A DNA stretch of 64,000 bases from NCBI GenBank assembly GCA_963805975.1, contig CAWDVR010000001.1, positions 928,001 through 992,000 on the forward strand. Direction: 5' to 3'. Positions 19,983 through 29,510 of the stretch are shown here, in pieces. The translations under genes and the position numbers were made by a program. Position 1 is the first letter of the stretch; each line of letters starts with the position of its first letter. The DNA is from an uncultured Acidobacteriota bacterium. GTDB taxonomy: Bacteria > Acidobacteriota > Thermoanaerobaculia > Multivoradales > SZUA-115. A model generated the notes under the pieces. That model ran no database searches. It worked only from the letters and a program-made list of their open reading frames with translations, and was not told the DNA's origin.

Positions 19983-20966
19983 TCAGAGATCGCCGCCCGG
20001 TGTCGAGCCGACGAGGAGCGCGGCCATCACCTCGCCGTCGACGTTGCCGCCCGAGAGGATGACGCCGATCCTCGCCCCCGGCTCGCGCACCGCGCCCGAC
20101 AGCAGAGCCGCCACGGGCAGCGCGCCCGACGGCTCGACCACCAGCTTCAGGCGGAAGAAGAGGAAGCGGACCGCGTCCATGATCGCCTGCTCGGAGACCG
20201 TTCGCATGTCCGCCACCAGCTCGCGCACCAGCGGGAACGTGAGCCGGCCGAGCGACGGGGTACGGGTGCCGTCGGCGATCGTCGGCGGGTTGCTCACGGT
20301 TTGCAGCACCCCGGTGCGAAAGGAGCGGGTCGCGTCGTCCGCCAGCTCGGGCTCGATACCGATCACCCGGCAGCCGGGGCTCGCCGTGCGCGCCGCGAGC
20401 GCCGAGCCGGAGAGCAATCCGCCACCGCCGCAGGGGGTGAGCAGAACGTCGAGGGGACCGGCCTCCTCGCAAAGCTCCAACGCCGCCGTGCCCTGGCCGG
20501 CGATGACGTGCGGATGGTCGTACGGCGGGATCAGCACCAGGCCGCGCTCGCGGTTGATCTCGGCGGTCACCTGCTCGCGATCGTGCTTCGCCGAGTCGTA
20601 GAGGACCACCTCCGCCCCGTAGCCCGCGGTTGCGGCGCGCTTGGCGGCCGGGGCGCTCGCCGGCATCACGATCGTCGTCGCCACCCCCAGGAGCCGCCCG
20701 GCGAGGGCCACGCCCTGGGCATGGTTGCCGGAGGAGAAGGCGAGCACGCCGCGCCGCTTCTCGTCCTCGGAGAGCCGCGAGATCGCGTTGTAGGCGCCGC
20801 GGATCTTGAAGGCGCCGACGCGCTGCAAGTTCTCGCACTTGAGGAAGACGCGGGCGCCGCAGAGCTCGTCGAGCGTGGTGCTGGTGGCGACCGGCGTGCG
20901 GTGCGCCACGCCCACCAGCCGCTCGCGCGCGCTGGCCACGTCCTCGAAGCTGGGGAGGCTCTCCAT
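19983..20966 (-). CDS. PLP-dependent Ser/Thr dehydratase (threo-3-hydroxyaspartate ammonia-lyase-like)
   Basis: KCENLQRVGAFKIRGA, SSGNHAQG, PCGGGGL, VEPSGA, LSGGN. Confidence 0.9.
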   Translation of the reverse strand: MESLPSFEDVASARERLVGVAHRTPVATSTTLDELCGARVFLKCENLQRVGAFKIRGAYNAISRLSEDEKRRGVLAFSSGNHAQGVALAGRLLGVATTIVMPASAPAAKRAATAGYGAEVVLYDSAKHDREQVTAEINRERGLVLIPPYDHPHVIAGQGTAALELCEEAGPLDVLLTPCGGGGLLSGSALAARTASPGCRVIGIEPELADDATRSFRTGVLQTVSNPPTIADGTRTPSLGRLTFPLVRELVADMRTVSEQAIMDAVRFLFFRLKLVVEPSGALPVAALLSGAVREPGARIGVILSGGNVDGEVMAALLVGSTPGGDL

Positions 20967-21000
20967 GAAGGGCGAAGCGTACCATCCGGCATGGGGTCGC

Positions 21001-21087
21001 CTAGGGGGTCGGTCGCGACTTGGACGGTGCGCAGCGTTACCCGAAGGGGGCGTCGAGCACCGGACCAAGTCACGACCGACCCCCTAG
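21001..21087. repeat. 87-bp palindromic MITE/REP-like element bounded by CTAG
   Basis: 23-bp terminal inverted repeat CTAGGGGGTCGGTCGCGACTTGG / CCAAGTCACGACCGACCCCCTAG (1 mismatch), plus an inner stem with a C(UUCG)G loop on the minus strand. Confidence 0.7.
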
Positions 21088-21194
21088 CCGACTCACGACT
21101 GTGACGCGCTCCGGGGTTCTCAGGCCGGGAGCCTCGCGATAGACTGGCTCCTGCTCGGAGCACCCGGACCATCCGGCGCGGCTCTTTCTTTCGC

Positions 21195-22061
21195 ATGGCT
21201 TCCCGCACTCTCTCCCTCGCAATCCTCGTCCTGGTGTTCGCCGCCACGGCGTCCGCCGTGCCCGCCAGGCTGGCGCACGTCGAGGTCGAGCTGATCTCGG
21301 AGACCACCAGCCTCGCTCGCGGCGGCCCTCCGAGCCGGGTGGCGCTCCGTCTCAGGCCTGATCCGGGTTGGCACGTCTACTGGATCAACCCGGGCGACTC
21401 GGGCCTCGCCACCAGCCTGCGCTGGTCTCTGCCGGAGGGCGTCGAGGCCGGCCCGATCGAGTGGCCCCGCCCGCACGCCCATGCCTTCGGCGAGCTCACC
21501 AACTACGGCTATGCCGAGGAAGTGCTGCACCTGGTGCCGATCTCGGTGGCTGCCGACTGGCCCGCCGGCAAGCCGGTGCGGCTCGAGGCCGAGGCGAAGT
21601 GGCTGGTCTGCGAGGAGGTCTGCATTCCGGGCAAGGCCGATCTCGCGCTCGAGCTGCCGGTCGCCGCAAGCCCGAAACCCGATCCGCAGCGGGCCGCGGC
21701 GTTCGCCACGGCGCGGGCGGAGCTGCCGCGCGAGGCGCCGCCGGGCTGGCGTGCCCGCTTTGCCGTGGCGGACGGGGTGCTCTCCCTGGCGGTCGAGGGC
21801 GCGCCGCGGGGCGCCGACCGCGTCGAGCTCTTTCCCGAGGCCAACGATCTCGTGGACCACGCCGCTCCGCAGCGGGTGGAGGAGGGCGCGGATGGCCTGC
21901 TGCGGATCTCCCAGGAGCTGAGCAGCTACTTCGTCTCGCCGCCGGCCGAAGTGCGCGGGGTGCTGGTGCTCTACGAAGGGCGGGTGGCCAGGGCTTTTCA
22001 CCTCCGCGCCCTCCCCGGTAAGGTGGCCGTGGTCCCTCCACGGCCTCATCGCCAACCCTGA
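21195..22061 (+). CDS. DsbD N-terminal-domain secreted protein
   Basis: Signal peptide, GWHVYWINPGDSG, WLVCEEVCIPG. Confidence 0.85.
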   Translation: MASRTLSLAILVLVFAATASAVPARLAHVEVELISETTSLARGGPPSRVALRLRPDPGWHVYWINPGDSGLATSLRWSLPEGVEAGPIEWPRPHAHAFGELTNYGYAEEVLHLVPISVAADWPAGKPVRLEAEAKWLVCEEVCIPGKADLALELPVAASPKPDPQRAAAFATARAELPREAPPGWRARFAVADGVLSLAVEGAPRGADRVELFPEANDLVDHAAPQRVEEGADGLLRISQELSSYFVSPPAEVRGVLVLYEGRVARAFHLRALPGKVAVVPPRPHRQP

Positions 22062-22102
22062 ACATCCACCGTCGACTCGCTCGACACCCGAGGAGCTCAA
22101 CC

Positions 22103-22705
22103 ATGCGTCTCACCCCTGCTCTCCTGCTCGCCTCTACTCTCGTCGCCAGCTCGGCCCAGGCCACCGCGCCCAAGGTCGGCGAGGCGGCGCCGGCCTTCTC
22201 CGCCGTCAACAGCCAGGGCAAGACAGTTCAGCTCTCGGACCTGCGCGGCAAGTTCGTGGTGCTCGAGTGGACCAACAACGAGTGCCCCTTCGTCAAGAAG
22301 CACTACGCCTCCGGCAACATGCAGGCCCTGCAGAAGGAGGCGGCGGACAAGGGCGTGGTCTGGCTGTCGATCATCTCCTCGGCGCCCGGCAAGCAAGGCC
22401 ACGTCGACACCGCCCGCGCCAACGCCCTGACCGAGGAGCGGGGCGCCGCGCCGGCACAGGTGCTGCTCGACGAGTCCGGGGCCGTCGGCCGGGCGTACGA
22501 AGCCAAGACCACGCCGCACATGTTCGTCATCGACCCCGAGGGCAAGCTGCTCTACATGGGCGGCATCGACAGCATCCCGAGCGCCGAGGCGGGGGACATC
22601 GCCACCGCCAAGCCCTACGTCAAGCTGGCGTTGGCGGAAGCGCTGGCCGGCAAGCCGGTGACCGACGCCGTCACCAAGCCCTACGGCTGCTCGGTCAAGT
22701 ACTGA
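22103..22705 (+). CDS. Secreted redoxin/thioredoxin-fold protein
   Basis: VLEWTNNECPFVKKHY, KTTPHMFVID, PYGCSVKY. Confidence 0.88.
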   Translation: MRLTPALLLASTLVASSAQATAPKVGEAAPAFSAVNSQGKTVQLSDLRGKFVVLEWTNNECPFVKKHYASGNMQALQKEAADKGVVWLSIISSAPGKQGHVDTARANALTEERGAAPAQVLLDESGAVGRAYEAKTTPHMFVIDPEGKLLYMGGIDSIPSAEAGDIATAKPYVKLALAEALAGKPVTDAVTKPYGCSVKY

Positions 22706-22946
22706 GGCGGATCGCGGCTGCCGAGATTTTTTAAGCAAAGCATTGGCAAGCGGCCATGGCCGTGGTAGCCTCCGGCCGATTCACCAATCTTTTGCTGGGG
22801 GGTGATGGTTTCTTAGAAGCTGGAACACGGCTTCGAGATCTGACGGACCAAAGTTGTGCTCGATGCGACCGATCTCCGGGACCCCGGTGGGGTGGACCGG
22901 CTCGGTCAATGAAACTATCTCTGGTTGTGGAAGGAGAGACTCCAAG

Positions 22947-24269
22947 ATGAACAAAAAGATCCTGATCGCGGCCCTACTCGGGCTGGCCCTCCTGGGCGGC
23001 CAGGCCGTGGCGGAGATCGGGACGATCGACGACGTGCCGGCGGCGACCTTGCTGCTGCCGTACTTCGCGGTCGATCTCAACGATCCGCTGGCCTTGACGA
23101 CCCTGTTCTCGATCAACAATGCCTCGGCGGCCCCGGCGATCGCCCACGTCACTCTGTGGACGGACCTGTCGGTACCGACGCTCGACTTCAACGTCTACCT
23201 GACCGGGTATGACGTGGTCACGTTCAACCTGCGCGACCTGTTCACCACGGGCACGGTGCCGTCGACCGAGCACATCAACGACGGCGATGCGATCTCGCCG
23301 GTGGGTATTTTCTCGTTGGTGACCAACCCGATCACGGGCGTGGGCCCGGGCTCGACGTCGTGCAACGGCCAGTTGCCGTTGCCGCCGCTGCCGGGCATTC
23401 TGTTGAACCACATTCGTGCGGCGCACACCGGTTTGGCTTCGCCGGTGGTGTTCGGTGGTCTGTGCTCGGGTGTGGAGTATGGCGACAACATTGCTCGCGG
23501 TTACATCACGATCGACAGCGTGAACTTCTGCACGCTGGACTTCCCCGGCGACACCGGTTACTTCATTGCCGGTGGCAACGGTGCGGCGAACAACCTGAAC
23601 CAGCTGTGGGGCGACTACTTCTACGTCAATTCGGGTGAGAACTTCGCGCAGGGCGAGACGCTGGTGCATCTCGAGGCGTCGGCGGCTCTGGGTGCGGCGA
23701 ACTACACGTACTACCGTCGGTACAGCGGCGGCGCTGACCAGCGCGAGGGCATGGGCTCGACGTTCGCGGTGCGTTACAACGATGGTGGTGCGTTCTCGGG
23801 TGGTACGAGCCTGGTGGTGTGGCGCGATGCGAAGCGGACGATCTTCCCGTTCTCGTGCGCTCTGACGGCTCCGGCTCCGTATCCGTTGGGTCAGACGCAG
23901 ATCGTGATCTTCGACGAAGACGAGAACCCGGACGTTCCGGAGTCCTCGCCGTTCTCGCCGGTGATCCCGGGTACGTCTCTGCTGCCGTTCCCGTGGGAGA
24001 CGCAGTCGACGCAGGTCAACGGTCCGGACTTCCCGGTGCCGTTCAACTTCGGTTGGCTGTACCTGAACCTGAACGCCGCAGTGGCGGGCAGCCAGGTGCC
24101 GTTCGAGCCGATCATGCAGAACTGGGTGACGGCGTTGATGGATGCCGACGGTCGGTTCAGCGTGGGCTTCGATGCGATCCAGCTCGACAACGTGACCGAC
24201 CCGGCCACGGCGACGAACATCCTGCTCCCGGTCTGCGACGGCGCACCGGATCCGGCTGGCTGCTTCTAA
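22947..24269 (+). CDS. Secreted surface protein (PAATLLLPYF family), candidate S-layer/abundant envelope protein
   Basis: Signal peptide, low-Lys acidic composition rich in Gly/Asn/Pro/aromatics, monocistronic with a strong terminator. Confidence 0.6.
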   Translation: MNKKILIAALLGLALLGGQAVAEIGTIDDVPAATLLLPYFAVDLNDPLALTTLFSINNASAAPAIAHVTLWTDLSVPTLDFNVYLTGYDVVTFNLRDLFTTGTVPSTEHINDGDAISPVGIFSLVTNPITGVGPGSTSCNGQLPLPPLPGILLNHIRAAHTGLASPVVFGGLCSGVEYGDNIARGYITIDSVNFCTLDFPGDTGYFIAGGNGAANNLNQLWGDYFYVNSGENFAQGETLVHLEASAALGAANYTYYRRYSGGADQREGMGSTFAVRYNDGGAFSGGTSLVVWRDAKRTIFPFSCALTAPAPYPLGQTQIVIFDEDENPDVPESSPFSPVIPGTSLLPFPWETQSTQVNGPDFPVPFNFGWLYLNLNAAVAGSQVPFEPIMQNWVTALMDADGRFSVGFDAIQLDNVTDPATATNILLPVCDGAPDPAGCF

Positions 24270-24290
24270 GCACTCTCCGAGCTGCAAGCG

Positions 24291-24331
24291 AAAGGGCGGG
24301 CTCCGGGCAACCGGGCCCGCCTTTTTTCTTT
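24291..24331 (+). terminator. Rho-independent terminator (probably bidirectional)
   Basis: AAAG-GGCGGGCTCCGG GCAA CCGGGCCCGCC-TTTTTTCTTT. Confidence 0.88.
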
Positions 24332-24332
24332 C

Positions 24333-25118
24333 TCAGCCGACGATCGAAGGGTCGAGGTCCACGCTCACCGGGCAGTGGTCCGAGCCCAGCACCTCGGCGT
24401 GGATCGCCGCGCTCCTGACGTGCGGCAGGGCGCCGGGAGAGGCCAGCACGTAGTCCAGCCGCCAGCCGACGTTCTTCTCCCGTACCCCGTAGCGCTGGCT
24501 CCACCACGAATAGTGGCCGCCGCCCTTCTCGAAGAGGCGGAAGGTGTCGGTCCAGCCGTGGCCGAGCCAGCGTGCGAGCTCGCGCCGCTCCTCGGGCCGG
24601 AAGCCGCTGGTCTCGCGGTTCTCCCGCGGCCGGGCGAGGTCGATCTCCTGGTGCGCGGTGTTGAGGTCGCCCATCACCAGGATCGGCACGCCGGCCCGCT
24701 TCTCGGGCTCGAGCAGGTTGAACAGGCGGCGGTAGAAGGAGAGCTTGTAGGGAATGCGCGAGAGGTCGCGCTCCCTGCCGTTGCCGTTCGGGAAGTAGGC
24801 GTTGACCACCAGCAGGCGGCCGAAGCGGGCGAGCTGCACGCGGCCCTCGCGGTCGAATCGCGGGCGGGAGACCGAGGTCACGAGGGCGTCGGGCAGGCGC
24901 CGGGAGAAGAGGCCCACACCGCTGTAGCCGGGACGCTCGGCCGGGGAGATCGCCAGGTGCCAGCCGGGCCGGGCGCAGAGCTCCGGCGCGATCTGCTCGG
25001 GCCTTGCCCGCACCTCCTGCAGGGCGACGATCTCCGCGCCGCAGCCCTCCAGCCAGTCACCAAACCCCTTGCTGGCGCAGGAGCGGAGGCCGTTCACGTT
25101 CCAGGAAGCGATGCGCAC
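24333..25118 (-). CDS. xth: Exodeoxyribonuclease III
   Basis: SWNVNG, LQE, GYSGV, YFPNG, GDLNTAH, GWRLDY, SDHCP. Confidence 0.95.
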   Translation of the reverse strand: MRIASWNVNGLRSCASKGFGDWLEGCGAEIVALQEVRARPEQIAPELCARPGWHLAISPAERPGYSGVGLFSRRLPDALVTSVSRPRFDREGRVQLARFGRLLVVNAYFPNGNGRERDLSRIPYKLSFYRRLFNLLEPEKRAGVPILVMGDLNTAHQEIDLARPRENRETSGFRPEERRELARWLGHGWTDTFRLFEKGGGHYSWWSQRYGVREKNVGWRLDYVLASPGALPHVRSAAIHAEVLGSDHCPVSVDLDPSIVG

Positions 25119-25131
25119 TGTCGAGGCCCGA

Positions 25132-26632
25132 TCAGAGCACCAGGCGAACCACGAGCCAGCACCAGGCGGCGGCGAGGAGCGCGGCGGCGAGGTCGAGGAG
25201 CACGCCCAGGCGGGCCATGCGTGGAATCGTGACATAGCCCGAGCCGAAGACGATGGCGTTGGGCGGAGTACCGGCCGGCAGGGCAAAGTCGCAGGAACAG
25301 CCGATGGTCGCGGCGAACAGCACCGTGGTCATCATCTCGGGCGAGGCGGCCTCGCGGAGCACGGGCAGCAGCACGGCGATGGTGGCGGTGTTGGAGGCCA
25401 CGGCCGAGAGGCCCGACGGCGGCCCCCGCTGCCATCAGCACCTGGGAAAACGGCTCGAGACCGGCGACACCCGCGAGCCGAGCGCCCAGAAAGGCCGACA
25501 GACCGCTGCCCTGGATGGCCGCCGCCATGGCGAAGCCACCACCCAGGAGGAGCAGGGTCTCCCAGGGTACGGCCAGGAGAGAGCGCGGGGCGAGAATGCG
25601 CCGTACCGTCCCCCCGTTGCGATGCGGCCAGGCGAGGAGCACCAGCGCTGCCAGCACGGCGATCCCGGCCTCGACGTGGGCGGAGCCCAGCTCGAAGGCG
25701 CTCACGCGGGGCTTGAGGATCGAAGTGATTCCCTTGCTGCCGATCCACAGCGCAGCGGTGGCCAGGAAGACGCCGAGCACGATCTTCTCGGCCTTCTCGA
25801 CCCTGCCCAGCCGGCCCAGCTCGGCCGCCACGACCTCGGCCCCCAGGTCGCCCGTGAGGCCGTCGCGCCGGCCGAGGCGCCACAGCCCGTACCAGACGAT
25901 GGGGAGGAAGAAGAACACGAACGGCAGCCCGACCACGAGGAACTGCAGGAAGGAGATGGGAGTGCCGAGCCGCTCCAGGAAGCCCGAGAACTGGGCGTTG
26001 GGAGCGGTGCCGATCTTGGTGCCGATGCCGCCGACGTTGGCGCCGTAGGCCACCGCCAGCATGATCGCCATGCCGTAGCTCGCCAGGCGCCGGCCGCCGA
26101 GCTGGGCCTCGATCTGGGCGATGATCGCGATGCCGATCGGCATCATCATCGCGGCGGTGGCGGTGTTGGAGATCCACAGCGAGATGAAGGCGGTCGCCAC
26201 CAGGGTGCCCGCGAGGAGGCGCCGCGGGTCGGTGCCGATCGCCTGCATGATGCCGAGCGCGATCCGCCGGTGCAGGTCCCACTGCTGCATGGCAGCCGCG
26301 ATCGCCATGCCGCCGGCGAAGAGGAAGATGTAGGGATCGAGGTAGGCCTGGACGGTCCGCCCGAGGTTGGCGCTCGCGCCGCCGGCAAAGGCGTGGAGGA
26401 CCGGGAACACCACCAGGGGAACACAGGCCGTCCAGTAGATCGGCAGCGCTTCGGTGAGCCACCAGATCGCCATCAGGCAGGCGACCGCCGCGGCATGAGC
26501 GGGCCGCGTACCTTCCGGGCCGCGGGCAAGAGGTGTGTCGGCGAAAGCCAGAAAGGCGAAGACAGCGAGGCCGCCCACCAACCCGACCAGACGCAACCCG
26601 GCCAGGCGCCAGGGGCTTCTTAGACTGTGCAT
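25132..26632 (-). pseudogene. SLC13/DASS anion symporter with a +1 frameshift near 25412-25414 (possibly a sequencing error)
   Basis: WWLTEALP, ISNTAT, GIGTKIGTAPN. The C-terminal ASNTAT..FALPAGTPPNAIVFG segment is in a different frame. Confidence 0.85.
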
Positions 26633-26658
26633 TGGCGGCCGGGAGTCTAACCGACCGC

Positions 26659-27738
26659 TCAGCCGCCTTCCCAGTCCCAGAAATAATCGCGGTTGGTCAG
26701 CACCGGCTTCTCGTCGTCCGCGATCGCCGTCTCGCCCGAGCGCCCGCTCTCGCCGTCCGGCGCGGGCTCGACCTCTCCCCGGATCACCGCCAGCAGCTCC
26801 TCGAGATCCTCGGTCTCTTTGCGCCAGTACTCCTCGGTGCCGAAGTGGGGCCAGGCGCGCTGGAAGGCAGGGTCCTCCCAGCGGCGGGCAAGCCACGCCG
26901 CGTAGCGCACCATGCGCAGGCCGCGCAGCGGCTCGATCAGCCGGAGGCTCGCGCGATCGAAGAGCCGGAACTGCTCGTAGGCCTCGAGGAAGACCTCCCG
27001 CTGAGCGAGCGTGTCCGGGTCGCGGCCGGGCAGCGCCAGCCACAGGTCCTGCACCGCCGGGCCGGTCACGAAGTCGTCGAAATCGAGCAGCCGCAGCTCC
27101 CCATCGCGGTCCAGCACGTTGCCGAGGTGGAGATCGGCGTGGATGCGGTGGGTGGCGACCCCTTCGGCGCGCCGGTCGGCGAAGCTCGCGATAGTGGCGG
27201 CGGCGTCGCCGTAGCGGCGCTCCAGATGGCCAGGGAGGGCGCGGTGCCGCACCAGCCAGTCGATCCGGCTCCGCACGTAGTGATCGGCGGTCAGCCGGGG
27301 CCGTACCGGCGCCGGCCGGCGAGCTCCCACGTTGTGCACGCGGCCCACCAGCCGGCCGAGGCGGGCCACGGCGGCATCGCTCAGCTCGTCGGGAGCGCGG
27401 CCACCGCGGCGTTCGGCCACGCTGTAGAACAGGCCGGCGATGCTCTTGAGCGTCGAGCCGTCCGGGAACGCCCGCACGGTCGCCACCGGGATCTCTTCTT
27501 CCGCCAGCTCGGCGAGGAAGCGATGCTCCTCGAGAATCTGCTCCTCGCTCCAGCGGCCCGGGCGATAGAACTTGGCGACGACGCGGCTCCGGTCCGCGAG
27601 CTCCACCTCGTAGACGCGGTTCTCGAACGAGTTGAGGGGGTAGCAGACCGGCCGGCAGGCCAACCCCGCCGCCTCCACGGCCTGGAGCACGGTTTCGGGC
27701 GTCAGGGAAAAGAAATGCGCAGCGGTGGGCTCGGCCAT
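26659..27738 (-). CDS. srkA: Stress response Ser/Thr kinase (YihE/RdoA)
   Basis: LNSFENRVY, KFYRPGRWS, IHADLHLGN, LLDFDD, VQDLW, RWEDPAF. Confidence 0.92.
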   Translation of the reverse strand: MAEPTAAHFFSLTPETVLQAVEAAGLACRPVCYPLNSFENRVYEVELADRSRVVAKFYRPGRWSEEQILEEHRFLAELAEEEIPVATVRAFPDGSTLKSIAGLFYSVAERRGGRAPDELSDAAVARLGRLVGRVHNVGARRPAPVRPRLTADHYVRSRIDWLVRHRALPGHLERRYGDAAATIASFADRRAEGVATHRIHADLHLGNVLDRDGELRLLDFDDFVTGPAVQDLWLALPGRDPDTLAQREVFLEAYEQFRLFDRASLRLIEPLRGLRMVRYAAWLARRWEDPAFQRAWPHFGTEEYWRKETEDLEELLAVIRGEVEPAPDGESGRSGETAIADDEKPVLTNRDYFWDWEGG

Positions 27739-27789
27739 TGCCGGCACTCTAGCAGGCGAAACGGCCCTCGCTCGCTAGGACAGCGTCCA

Positions 27790-27862
27790 CTCGGGTGCTC
27801 TCCCGCTGCGGTGCTCGAGCTCCCTTCGGGCGGCCTGCGCTCCTCGCGGGAGAGCACCCGAG
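27790..27862. repeat. 73-bp palindromic element related to the 21001 element
   Basis: Perfect 17-bp stem ctcgggtgctctcccgc/gcgggagagcacccgag enclosing CGGTGCTCGA..CCCTTCGGG..CTGCGCTCC. Confidence 0.7.
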
Positions 27863-27865
27863 CGT

Positions 27866-29419
27866 CTACTCGCACGCGAAGGCGTTGGTGTCCTGGATGG
27901 GTGCGAAAGGCGTCCCCTGCGGGTTGACGTAGGTCTTGACGTTCCCGGTCTGCGTGTCGGTGACGGTGATCATCATCTCGACGTTGGTCAGGCCGGCGGC
28001 GAAGACCCAGAACCGCTCGTTGACCACGCAGCCGTTCAAGACCTTGAGGATCACCTCGATGTTGTTCGGGTTGAAGAACCGGAAGTAGCCGGTGTCGCTG
28101 GTGAGCTGGACCGGATGGGCGCTCGCCGCCGGGCCGTCGCCGATCCGAAAAACGGCTTCGACCTGGAACCGGCCGGCGCCGAGCACGAGGACCGATCCCT
28201 CGCCGGGGCCCGGCAACAGGGCGTCGATCGCGGCCGGCGAGCCGGCGCGGAAGAGGCCCACGGTGGCCGGCGTCGGCTGCGGCGGCCGGTTGGCGTCGAA
28301 CCAGAAGTTGTAGGTGGTGGCGAAGCGCAACGCGTTGGCGTGGGCATCCTCCGCCTCGGTCTCCGTCTGCCAGGAGATGGCGCCGGCCGAGACCACGGCC
28401 GACCAGTCGGTGCCGTCGTAAGGCTCGCCCGAGTGGTAGTCGACGTCGTGAAAGCCGATGTCCGTCACGAACGTGCCGGGAGCCAGAGATACGGCAAAGC
28501 TCCGTGCGCTTCGGTGCGAGCTCATGTTGTAGAGCGCGTACTCGTAGCGCCAGGTGCCGTCGCCGCGGTCGGTCACCTTGGCGGCGAGCTTGAGCCGGCC
28601 GTCTCCGGGCACGTGGAGCTCGACGATCGAGACCTCCGGGTCGAGGTCTTTCCAGGCCTCGAGTGCCGACCTGGACGGCACCGTGGTGCCGAGGAGCGTG
28701 GGCGCCAGGCCCGGGTCGAACGTGATCTCGCGGTAGGAGGCGTTGTTGCTGTCGTTGCCGGCCAGCGCGTCGTCGGCCGCTAGGTAGTGACCCTCGGCGA
28801 AGTAACGGGCGCCGGGGTTGAGCGCTGGATCAATGTCCACCGTCTTCACCTGCAAGCGCTTGTAGAGCACGTCGCCGGTTTCGAGCAGCGTCGAGAACGG
28901 GTAGGGAAAAGCCCCGGTCGCGGCGTTGAGCTCCGAGCGCGGCCCGATCGCCCGCTGGTCGCCGTTCAAGGTCGAGTCGTAAGGGTCGGAGCAGCCGACG
29001 CCGAGCTTGGAGAAGGTGCCCGGGTCCTGGCAGCCGAAGCCGCAGGCGTTCTCGGCCCCGGCGATGAAGCCGTGCTTGAGCCAGCTCATGCCCACCTGTT
29101 CCATGCGGCCGTCCTGCAGCCGGTAGAGCGCCTGGGCGACCACCGGGTGCTGGTTGCTCTGGCCGAGCCAGCTCACCGTTTGATCGCCGGCGTTGCAGGC
29201 CACGGTGCCGATCGAGTAGGCGGCGATGCCGGCGCTCGTTCCCCAGAGCCGGGCATCCATGAGATTGCCGACCACCACGTCGGGCCCGGTGGACTCGGGC
29301 CAGCCCTCGGCCGGTTGCACGCACTGGGTGAGCGGCTCGGTCGCGGTCGCGCGCAGCGGGAAAAATGTTCCCAGGAGGACGAAGGTTCCGAGCAGGATCC
29401 TGCGGGGCATCGAAGGCAT
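27866..29419 (-). CDS. Secreted Cys-rich protein with a conserved C-terminal surface domain
   Basis: Signal peptide, GMSWLKHGF and LGVGCSDPY blocks, C-terminal GRFQV..DTGYF.FF..N.EV..KVL..FWVF domain. Confidence 0.8.
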   Translation of the reverse strand: MPSMPRRILLGTFVLLGTFFPLRATATEPLTQCVQPAEGWPESTGPDVVVGNLMDARLWGTSAGIAAYSIGTVACNAGDQTVSWLGQSNQHPVVAQALYRLQDGRMEQVGMSWLKHGFIAGAENACGFGCQDPGTFSKLGVGCSDPYDSTLNGDQRAIGPRSELNAATGAFPYPFSTLLETGDVLYKRLQVKTVDIDPALNPGARYFAEGHYLAADDALAGNDSNNASYREITFDPGLAPTLLGTTVPSRSALEAWKDLDPEVSIVELHVPGDGRLKLAAKVTDRGDGTWRYEYALYNMSSHRSARSFAVSLAPGTFVTDIGFHDVDYHSGEPYDGTDWSAVVSAGAISWQTETEAEDAHANALRFATTYNFWFDANRPPQPTPATVGLFRAGSPAAIDALLPGPGEGSVLVLGAGRFQVEAVFRIGDGPAASAHPVQLTSDTGYFRFFNPNNIEVILKVLNGCVVNERFWVFAAGLTNVEMMITVTDTQTGNVKTYVNPQGTPFAPIQDTNAFACE

Positions 29420-29510
29420 CGCGTTCCCTTCCGAGAGAGTCTGAAGCGATTGTGATGCTACGTTAGCATATCGAGCTGCTCGGGCTAAGCTCCGTAGCGG
29501 AGATCCCTTC

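Noticed and set aside
18664-20985. 773-aa fusion of dehydratase and deaminase
   Set aside because: The upstream part is an alternative frame over the separate dehydratase gene. The deaminase starts at 19971.
21001-21087. SRP RNA or 6S RNA candidate
   Set aside because: Lacks the SRP domain IV CAGG..GGAA..AGCAG motif and is too short for 6S. Treated as a repeat element.
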